This document shows, in pieces, positions 8,087-15,736 of a stretch of 35,916 bases of DNA. The translations under genes were made by a program, and so were the position numbers. The notes under the pieces were generated by a model. The model did not search any database. It was not told the origin of the DNA and was given only the letters and a program-made list of their open reading frames with translations. How positions within the stretch are numbered: the first letter of the stretch is position 1; every line of letters starts with the position of its first letter. The stretch is from sequence record DRR723986_11331. One strand, given 5' to 3'.

Positions 8087-9123
8087 TCGGAATGGACGAT
8101 TTGGCCCATCTTCTGGAACGGTTGTGCCCAATGTATGTGCTGCTGGATCCGACCGGGCACATTTGTGAAGTTGGCCCCACCTTACAAAAGCTGCGCCCAG
8201 AGCAAGCCATGTCGGGGCAGCGATTTCTAGAGCTCTTCGAATTGCTTCGTCCGCGGTCTATTACGACAATGCCGGCATTGCTTGCCACTTCTGGGGCAAA
8301 GCTGCACTTGCGTTTGCGGGATGATCCTCAGACCGCATTGAAAGGGGTTATTGTGCCGCTGCCAGATGGGCAGGGGGCTGTCGTGAACCTGTCGTTTGGG
8401 ATTTCAATCTTGGATGCGGTACGGGATTATGCCCTGACCAGTGCAGATTTCTCGGGGACGGATCTTGCAATCGAATTGTTGTATCTGGTGGAAGCCAAAT
8501 CCGCTGCGATGGAGGCTTCGCGCACTCTGAACCTGCGACTGCAGGGGGCAATGATTGCTGCCGAAGAACAGGCCTTTACTGACACATTGACTGGGCTCAA
8601 AAATCGCAGGGCCATGGATCATATTCTTGACCGCTATAAAACGGGGAATACTCCGTTTTCGATGATGCACCTCGATCTCGACTATTTCAAAACGGTGAAT
8701 GATACATTGGGGCATGCCGCGGGCGATTTCGTGTTGCAGCAGGTTGCACGCCTTATCGTTGAGGAAACGCGCGGCGATGATACCGTTGCGCGCGTCGGTG
8801 GGGATGAATTTGTTTTGCTGTTTGCAAATCTTCTCAACAAAGAGCGGCTGGATGGGATTGCAAAACGTCTGATCGAACGATTGGAAGAACCCATGCCATT
8901 TAACGGCGATGTATGCCGCATTTCAGCAAGTGCGGGGACTGTGTTGTCTACGCAGTTTGCGAAACCGGATGGGGCTGAAATGCTTCATGCTGCTGACTTG
9001 GCGCTTTACGCAGCAAAACGCGCCGGACGTGCCTGTCACTTTTTCTATACTGAAGACATGGCAAATAGTACGGCCCAGCCAACAGCGCTTCCGCGTGCTG
9101 AGCACCCAAAATCGGGAACATAA
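8083..9123 (+). CDS. Diguanylate cyclase with HNOBA/PAS-like N-terminus
   Basis: ATGA overlap with H-NOX gene. N-terminus (PMYVLLD...VGPTL...FELLRP...LKG) resembles the H-NOX-associated PAS domain. TDTLTGLKNRR, DLDYFKTVND, RGDD I-site, GGDEF. Confidence 0.9.
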   Translation: MIGMDDLAHLLERLCPMYVLLDPTGHICEVGPTLQKLRPEQAMSGQRFLELFELLRPRSITTMPALLATSGAKLHLRLRDDPQTALKGVIVPLPDGQGAVVNLSFGISILDAVRDYALTSADFSGTDLAIELLYLVEAKSAAMEASRTLNLRLQGAMIAAEEQAFTDTLTGLKNRRAMDHILDRYKTGNTPFSMMHLDLDYFKTVNDTLGHAAGDFVLQQVARLIVEETRGDDTVARVGGDEFVLLFANLLNKERLDGIAKRLIERLEEPMPFNGDVCRISASAGTVLSTQFAKPDGAEMLHAADLALYAAKRAGRACHFFYTEDMANSTAQPTALPRAEHPKSGT

Positions 9124-9267
9124 TCCTCGCTCGGTGATTGCGCCCATTCACTGGGTGGTCTCCCCGGCCTGACTGTGGGGGCGAGCGGGGAGGACCGAAA
9201 TCACTTTGCTTGCGGGAATCGAGGACGGCGAATTTCTGCATCAAATTTCCTTTGAAAAATAAGACAC

Positions 9268-9297
9268 TTGCAGCGGATTAGAGCCGCAGCATAAGAT
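9268..9297 (+). promoter_or_regulatory. Candidate sigma70 promoter of the srf operon
   Basis: TTGCAG-18 nt-TAAGAT with an AT-rich upstream tract; short inverted repeats at 9241-9255 and 9297-9316. Confidence 0.35.
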
Positions 9298-9371
9298 CAA
9301 CTGAATTGAGAGTTGAGGTCGGGCGCTTCGCAATTGCTTAGATAGCCCGAATATTGCCGATCGATGTTGAC

Positions 9372-10061
9372 ATGCGTCTATTGATTTCAGTCTTGGTGAT
9401 CGTGTTGATTGCGCTGGTGGGCGCATCAGCCAATTTACTGTTGCAAGCCTGTGGCGTGACCCTCCCATTTACTGGCGATCGATTTGGGGACTGCGAACAA
9501 AGCCCAGTTGCATCTGTGGTTTTGGCCCAATCTCAGGCGGATCAGGATGCAATTGCTCTGACCCAGAGAATACAGAGTCTGGAACAGAGGTTGGCGCGAT
9601 TGCAGTGCAAAGCCGACCCACCGCCACCTCCGCCGCCGCCACCTCCGCCGAAGCCCAAAACCCCCAGCGGGCTGAAACCAGATGCTTTTGATGAGGCGGA
9701 TATTTCGGTCATGGAAGGATGCTGGGAGCTGTCTTCTGACTACGCGGTACGGGAAATTAATACGGGGCAAATCACGCGTTTCAAATACTGGCGCATTTGT
9801 TTTGACAAAAACGGGCGGGGCACTGAGCAGATGCGATCAACCAATGGGGTACGCTGTAATGGGCGGTTGACGGGTCGCATGCCGGGAAACGGTGTTTTGA
9901 CCATGCGAGAGCCCGGCAATTTGAAATGCGATAACGATTCTTCTATATTCCGCAGGGACATCACCTGCAGAATTGACAGTCGCGGTCGGGCGAATTGCGA
10001 TACCTATCAACCAGAAACCAACGGCCGCAGCTCTGCTACGTTGCGGCGGGCGAGGAGGTAA
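9372..10061 (+). CDS. Membrane-anchored SrfA C-terminal-domain-like protein with poly-Pro linker
   Basis: N-terminal hydrophobic anchor, coiled coil, 11 consecutive Pro, then a Cys-patterned beta domain (EGCW...RC.G...G.L...C......ITC......ANC) matching recalled SrfA C-terminus. ATG 9372 preferred over TTG 9354. Confidence 0.6.
   Translation: MRLLISVLVIVLIALVGASANLLLQACGVTLPFTGDRFGDCEQSPVASVVLAQSQADQDAIALTQRIQSLEQRLARLQCKADPPPPPPPPPPPKPKTPSGLKPDAFDEADISVMEGCWELSSDYAVREINTGQITRFKYWRICFDKNGRGTEQMRSTNGVRCNGRLTGRMPGNGVLTMREPGNLKCDNDSSIFRRDITCRIDSRGRANCDTYQPETNGRSSATLRRARR
9621..9650 (+). repeat. 15-bp tandem duplication inside poly-proline tract
   Basis: CCGCCACCTCCGCCG x2. Confidence 0.85.
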
Positions 10062-10065
10062 GGCC

Positions 10066-11733
10066 ATGGCTGATCAGTTCCTGTCCAAAATTCGCGTGAA
10101 GTCGCAGGATTTTGTTGACGCCGATGGGCAAGCCGTTTTGCAGCGCCACGGCGAACTGCGGGCATTGCTGACAGAGCGGATTGGGCCAGAGGGGGCGGCG
10201 CTTTTTGCGGAACCTTTGATCAACCGGGGCAACGACGCGGCGATGGGCAGTGTGTCTTGGTATTGCGATACGGTGGGGGATGTCCTGCCGTTTTCTCAAT
10301 TGAGCTCTGCGAGGCAAGAACAGACCGAAACCTATCTCAAGGATCATCTGCGTCCGTTGCAATCCATGGCAGAAGATCCCGCAACCGCTGATTTGATTTG
10401 GGGCGCGCTCAGTTCTTACGGAACCGATGATATTGTCGTGGTTGGGGACCGTCCGTTCATAGTCAATTGGGGTTTGTTACCAGACGGAAACGGCGCCAAT
10501 GTGTCGGCACGTCCTCGGCATTTTGAAAATACGCTGGGTCGCTTTCTGCAGGCACCGGTGCGGGCACGACCTGTGGCCGATATTCCACCTGTTGCGCCAG
10601 CGGCGTTTGTATCGAGCCCAGTTCCTGAAGCCCCTGCCGCACGTGCGCTGAGCCCGGTTGCTTGGGTGCCTTTGGTCGTGTTGTTGTTGCTGGCAGGTGG
10701 AGTCCTGTTTTGGTTACTCCAACCGGGTACACGCTTATTCCCGCCTAAATCACCGGTGGTAACGGCGCAGGCAACCTTAGAGGCGCAAGAGGCTACGAAC
10801 GTAAGCCTCAGAAACCGATTGGAAACGCTTCAGGATGCACTGGCGGGGGCAGTCTGTCGCAAAGATGGCGTTCTGATTTTGCCAGATGGGCTGACTCCTG
10901 AAGGGTTGACGCCGCCCAAGCAAGGCACTGGTTTTCCTGAAACGGCTCGAGTGTCACCCGATGCGGTGCTGCCAAATGTGCCCGAACGGGTTTTGGTCCC
11001 TGATGGGCAATCTGGCGAAAACACGCAGACCTTATTGCAGCACATCGAAGCAAGTACCGTGCTTATTCTGTCTCGCGGACAAAAACGGAGTTCTATTGGG
11101 TCGGGCTTTGTGGTTGGGCCGGGTTTGATCGTGACCAACCAGCACGTCATCGCAAATGCAGCCGAAGGCGGCGTTCGGGTGGTGCATAAGAAAGGCGGGG
11201 ATCCTTTGACTGCGCAGGTCCTCAAGGTGCAAGGCCCCTTGGCAGAAACGGGGGGTGATTTTGCACTGTTGCGTGTCGAGGGAGCGGATTTGCCAGCCTT
11301 TACTCTGTTCCGGTCAGCTGAAACTCAAAAGCTGCAACACGTCATTGCCGCTGGGTTTCCCGCAGATGTTCTTGAGTTGGACGCGGATTTTGCGGCTTTG
11401 AAAACAGGGCAGGCGACGTCCATTCCGGACCTGACGGTGACGGATGGGATCATCAATACAGAACAGCAGCTTGGCCCGAACACACGGGTATTGATGCATT
11501 CTGCGCCTCTGAGCGCTGGCAATTCTGGGGGGCCATTGGTGGATATGTGTGGTCGCGTGGTTGGCGTAAACAGCTTTGTTCGCAAAGGGCCGCTGCAAAA
11601 CCGAAGCTATGCATTGTCGATCGAGACGTTGTTTACCTTTCTCGAAGGGACCCCAGCGGATCCGATTGTGACGGATGTCGCGTGCGAAGCGCTTGCCTCG
11701 ACGTCTCCGTTTGTCGCACGGGCAAAGGACTAG
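10066..11733 (+). CDS. SrfA-N-like domain - TM - coiled coil - trypsin-like serine protease
   Basis: GAGGAGG RBS, ATG 10066. N-domain with FAEP...SWY...PFIVNWG, TM WVPLVVLLLLAGGVLFWLL, catalytic triad motifs TNQHV / DFALL / GNSGGPL. Confidence 0.85.
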   Translation: MADQFLSKIRVKSQDFVDADGQAVLQRHGELRALLTERIGPEGAALFAEPLINRGNDAAMGSVSWYCDTVGDVLPFSQLSSARQEQTETYLKDHLRPLQSMAEDPATADLIWGALSSYGTDDIVVVGDRPFIVNWGLLPDGNGANVSARPRHFENTLGRFLQAPVRARPVADIPPVAPAAFVSSPVPEAPAARALSPVAWVPLVVLLLLAGGVLFWLLQPGTRLFPPKSPVVTAQATLEAQEATNVSLRNRLETLQDALAGAVCRKDGVLILPDGLTPEGLTPPKQGTGFPETARVSPDAVLPNVPERVLVPDGQSGENTQTLLQHIEASTVLILSRGQKRSSIGSGFVVGPGLIVTNQHVIANAAEGGVRVVHKKGGDPLTAQVLKVQGPLAETGGDFALLRVEGADLPAFTLFRSAETQKLQHVIAAGFPADVLELDADFAALKTGQATSIPDLTVTDGIINTEQQLGPNTRVLMHSAPLSAGNSGGPLVDMCGRVVGVNSFVRKGPLQNRSYALSIETLFTFLEGTPADPIVTDVACEALASTSPFVARAKD

Positions 11734-11737
11734 AATA

Positions 11738-12637
11738 GTGTTTGGGGATCATCTCATAACCACCTCGACCGAAGGGTTGCAGCCGCTAGGGTCTGCGGCA
11801 CAGCGGTCTTATGAGCTGGTGTCTGGGACCTTACGCGATAGGTTAAGCCCGGCTCATGCGGTGTTGCTGGCAGAACCTGTTGCGGCTGAACATGGAGACC
11901 AGATCGACTGGCATGCTCCGCTCTCTGGTCATATTGTTCGTTTGTTGGATTTAACCGCTTCAGAGCAGAAACTGGTGCGTCTTGAATTGGCGCAGCGCAT
12001 CAGTGAGATTTTGGAGGAATCCAAGATCTTACGCGCAAACCCTGATCCGAGTATGCAACGGTTAGGCGAAGCTTTGACCAATGTTGTCGAGGTGCCGTCT
12101 GAGGCGATGATCTATGTTGTGAAGACTGCAACAGGACTGCATCCGGTTCTGGTTCATTGGGCCTGGGTTAAAGATGAACAAACGCGGGTGCGTGGTGTTC
12201 TGACAAGTATGATCGCGCGGCCGGCCCCGATTGAGCCAGCCGCACCACCAAGGTCGGTTTGGGCAAACCCAATTTGGCGATGGGTGGTGCTTTTGGGATG
12301 GTTTTTGTTGGCTGCAGTGTTGGGACTCATTTTATGGCTGATGGTTTATCCCTGCGGGTTGTCCCTTTGGGGGCCAGAATATTGCAAAAAAGAGGAACAG
12401 GCGCTCGCGGCCCTGTATTCGGAACAATACGTGATTGCGGATCGCATATTGCAGGTCGAACGCGAAATCGCATTGGCAGACCGCCGTTGCATTGCTGTGA
12501 TCCCTGTTGCGCCAGTAAAACCGAAGCCGGAACAGAAGGGCGCACTGCCAGAAGATATTCGAGGCGTAACAACACGCTTTGCAGGTCTGGTGGGGGCGCT
12601 CTACACTCCTTTGAACCGAACAAGATCAGGGAATTAA
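11738..12637 (+). CDS. srfA: SrfA N-terminal-domain protein with TM and coiled coil
   Basis: GTG 11738. LLAEP...GDQIDWHAP...QRLGEAL...PVLVHWAW parallels recalled SrfA N-terminus; TM segment; directly upstream of srfB. Confidence 0.65.
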   Translation: MFGDHLITTSTEGLQPLGSAAQRSYELVSGTLRDRLSPAHAVLLAEPVAAEHGDQIDWHAPLSGHIVRLLDLTASEQKLVRLELAQRISEILEESKILRANPDPSMQRLGEALTNVVEVPSEAMIYVVKTATGLHPVLVHWAWVKDEQTRVRGVLTSMIARPAPIEPAAPPRSVWANPIWRWVVLLGWFLLAAVLGLILWLMVYPCGLSLWGPEYCKKEEQALAALYSEQYVIADRILQVEREIALADRRCIAVIPVAPVKPKPEQKGALPEDIRGVTTRFAGLVGALYTPLNRTRSGN

Positions 12638-12646
12638 AGAACCGTT

Positions 12647-15600
12647 ATGCAAAGCTCTGAACATTTGGCTCGGTTGGTCGACTGGCGGGATGAAATCACG
12701 CTGGTTCCATATTCGGGGATTCAAATCCTCGATTTTGGGTTTCAGCTTGATGCAGTGGAATTGAAAAGTGCGCGTTTTATTGAGCGTGTCGTTGGTGGGG
12801 ATGATGCCCAAGAAGAGTGGGCGTTGGTCCCTTTAACTGGGGTCGAAGATCAAGACGCAGCAATCGAAGCGGGTGCCCGCGCTGATGACGATCCTTATTC
12901 CATCCGGTCGGTTGCAGCGTTGGAGCCCTTTTTGTCAAAGTGGGTTCCGGTGCCAGTTTTGCGTATCAAAACGGATCGTGGCGCGGGCGGCGAAGAAAGG
13001 TTTGATCCGGGCCCTTCGACGTGGTCGCGGATGCGCGTTGTTGAATTGGATGAACCCGACGCTGAAACAGGGCACACGCACCGGGTTCAGCTTGCCATCG
13101 ACACGTCCTTGATCGAAGCGGATCAATCGTTTCAATATTTGTCGCCCGAACGTATGGACGCAGAAAAATCCCGGGAATTCAGGTTTGTGTCTGATCCAGT
13201 GCGCATGGACTGGTTTTTGCGCCGTTTGGAGAGGGATCCAGACGGGGGCATGTTGGATCTTCAGAAATGGGTGTCTGATTGGCTGGATGATCTGTTTATG
13301 GCGTACAAACGGGCAGAACGTCCGGGACGGCGCATCACCAAAGAAACGCTGAACCACAAATTTGAACACTGGGCGCGTTATTTGGGATTCTTGCGGCTGA
13401 TCGATCACGCGATCCAAGTGCCACGCCTGCGGCTGGCCAATACAGTGAGCGCACGTGAAGGGGTGACCCCGGTTGATGTCGAGTTGGTTTTGGACGTTGG
13501 CAATTCACGTACCTGTGGGATCTTGATCGAACGGTTCCCCGGCGAGACGCGCTTGGATCTTGCGCGTTCCTTTCCGCTGGAGGTGCGTAATCTATCGCAA
13601 CCAGAGCTACAGTATTCAGGGCTATTTGACAGCCGGGTCGAGTTTTCCGAATTTCGATTGGGGAATGAACGGTTCGCAAGCCGGTCAGGGCGCCGCAACG
13701 CCTTTGTATGGCCAAGCTTTGTTCGCATGGGGCCGGAGGCCTTGCGATTGGTCGCGGGCGAAGAGGGGACCGAGACCGCCTCGGGACTAAGCAGCCCGAA
13801 GCGATACCTTTGGGACGATACGCCGCTTCAGCAGGATTGGCGGTTTCACCATCATTCAGACCCGAACAATCTGCCTAAATCTTTGCGGGCTGGTATGCGG
13901 TTCTTGAACGAGAATGGCGATGTGCTCGAACAAATCGAAGCGGACGAGCGCGCGCGACTGCGCCCAAGGGGGAAATCAGTCAAGACGCCTGCGATACGGC
14001 CAAGGTTTGCACGGGCTTCGCTCTTTGGGTTTATGCTGGCCGAGATCATTTCGCATGCGTTGATACAGGTGAATGCGCCCGCCTCGCGTGCACGGCGCCC
14101 GCAATCAGAGTTGCCGCGCCGGTTGGACCGCATCATTCTGACCCTCCCGACAGCGACAACCGCGCAGGAACAGGCAATCATTCGATCCAAAGCTAAGGGC
14201 GCATTGGCTTTGGTCTGGTCTTTGATGGGGATGAAAGACGGGGAAAGCGCCATATCGCGCCCGCCAGAGTTGATCGTCGACTGGGATGAAGCCAGCTGCA
14301 CACAACTGGTCTATCTCTATTCAGAACTGACCCAGAAATTTGATGGGCGCATTGATCGGTTTTTGTCCCTCAAAGGCACCCCCCGCGTTCAAGCCTCAGG
14401 TCAAGAACCGACGCCATCCCTGCGTTTGGCATGCATAGACATCGGGGGTGGGACAACCGACCTGATGGTGACGACCTATTGGGGCGAAGCCGGTCGCGCC
14501 CTTGTCCCGCATCAAAATTTCCGCGAAGGATTCAGGGTCGCGGGGGATGAACTGCTGCAACGGGTTATCGCTGCCGTTGTTCTACCCGGACTGCAATCTG
14601 CAATCGAGGCAGGTGGGGGACAGTTTGTTGGCGAAAAGATCCGCGAACTGTTCACGGGTGATATTGGCGGGTTGGATCAGCAGAGCATACAAAAGCGGCG
14701 CCAATTTGCGTTGCGTGTGCTCATGCCTGTGGCGGTTGCCATTTTGGAAAGCTGCGAAACCGCAGATGAGTTTGAGCCTTTGACTTTGGCGGTGTCTGAT
14801 GTGCTGTCTCTTGGGGCCGATGACACTGCACAGCCTGTCCCGCAGGCGTTGACGGCTTATATCGAAGAGGCGGCGCAGGCGCTGGGCGCAGATGGGTTCC
14901 ATCTGGGGCAAGTGTTTCTGACCTATAGCCGAGAAGATGTTGATGCGATTGCGCGTGAAGTGTTTCAAAAGGCGCTGGGCAACTTATCCGAAGTTATCGC
15001 ACATCTCGGGGTGGATGTGGTTCTGTTGACGGGGCGGCCTTCGCGTTTGCCGGCCGTGCGGGCCATCTTGCAGGAACTTATGGCTGTTCCGCCGCATCGT
15101 TTGATTTCGATGCACAGTTACAAGACTGGGCGCTGGTATCCCTTTAGGGACCCGGTCACTCAGCGGATCGGGGACCCGAAATCGACCGTGGCTGTTGGCG
15201 GTATGTTGATTGCACTTAGTGAAAGCCGGATCCCGAACTTCAAGGTAATGACACAAGCTTTTCGAATGCAGTCAACGGCCCGGTTTATCGGTGAAATGGA
15301 CAGTTCCGGGCAGATCATGGCGGACCGTGTTTTGTTTTCCAATGTGGATTTGGATGATCGCAAGCCACCCTCGGATATGGAATCTACCATATCCATGTAT
15401 ACGCCAGTTTATCTGGGGGCCCGGCAGTTACCGTTAGAGCGCTGGACTACAACGCCGCTTTACAGACTTGATTTTGCATCGCAATCCGCACAGTCTCGTG
15501 CCCCGCTTAGGGTTACGTTCGAGCGTACGGATTTTGACGACGATGTGGATGTGGATGTGGAAACGTCGGAAACGGTCCTGCGCCGCGAAGCGATGCGCGA

Positions 15601-15730
15601 GGCGTTTACCGTGACTGAGGTGGAAGATGCCGAGGGCGATGGCATGAAGCGATCCGAAGTGCAGCTGCGGTTGCATACGCTTGGATTTGAAGATGACTAT
15701 TGGATTGATACCGGCCTGTTCCGGCTCTAG
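12647..15730 (+). CDS. srfB: Virulence factor SrfB family protein (Hsp70/actin-like ATPase fold)
   Basis: 1027 aa. ITLVPYSGIQILDF, THRVQLAIDT, LDVGNSRTCGILIE, SSPKRYLWD, WDEASC, IDIGGGTTD, LTGRPSRLP, DPKSTVAVGG. Confidence 0.92.
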   Translation: MQSSEHLARLVDWRDEITLVPYSGIQILDFGFQLDAVELKSARFIERVVGGDDAQEEWALVPLTGVEDQDAAIEAGARADDDPYSIRSVAALEPFLSKWVPVPVLRIKTDRGAGGEERFDPGPSTWSRMRVVELDEPDAETGHTHRVQLAIDTSLIEADQSFQYLSPERMDAEKSREFRFVSDPVRMDWFLRRLERDPDGGMLDLQKWVSDWLDDLFMAYKRAERPGRRITKETLNHKFEHWARYLGFLRLIDHAIQVPRLRLANTVSAREGVTPVDVELVLDVGNSRTCGILIERFPGETRLDLARSFPLEVRNLSQPELQYSGLFDSRVEFSEFRLGNERFASRSGRRNAFVWPSFVRMGPEALRLVAGEEGTETASGLSSPKRYLWDDTPLQQDWRFHHHSDPNNLPKSLRAGMRFLNENGDVLEQIEADERARLRPRGKSVKTPAIRPRFARASLFGFMLAEIISHALIQVNAPASRARRPQSELPRRLDRIILTLPTATTAQEQAIIRSKAKGALALVWSLMGMKDGESAISRPPELIVDWDEASCTQLVYLYSELTQKFDGRIDRFLSLKGTPRVQASGQEPTPSLRLACIDIGGGTTDLMVTTYWGEAGRALVPHQNFREGFRVAGDELLQRVIAAVVLPGLQSAIEAGGGQFVGEKIRELFTGDIGGLDQQSIQKRRQFALRVLMPVAVAILESCETADEFEPLTLAVSDVLSLGADDTAQPVPQALTAYIEEAAQALGADGFHLGQVFLTYSREDVDAIAREVFQKALGNLSEVIAHLGVDVVLLTGRPSRLPAVRAILQELMAVPPHRLISMHSYKTGRWYPFRDPVTQRIGDPKSTVAVGGMLIALSESRIPNFKVMTQAFRMQSTARFIGEMDSSGQIMADRVLFSNVDLDDRKPPSDMESTISMYTPVYLGARQLPLERWTTTPLYRLDFASQSAQSRAPLRVTFERTDFDDDVDVDVETSETVLRREAMREAFTVTEVEDAEGDGMKRSEVQLRLHTLGFEDDYWIDTGLFRL

Positions 15731-15736
15731 AGGGTG

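Noticed and set aside
15542-15559. GATGTG x3 in srfB as a contingency repeat
   Set aside because: Only three in-frame units encoding an acidic DVDVDV loop; cannot cause phase variation.
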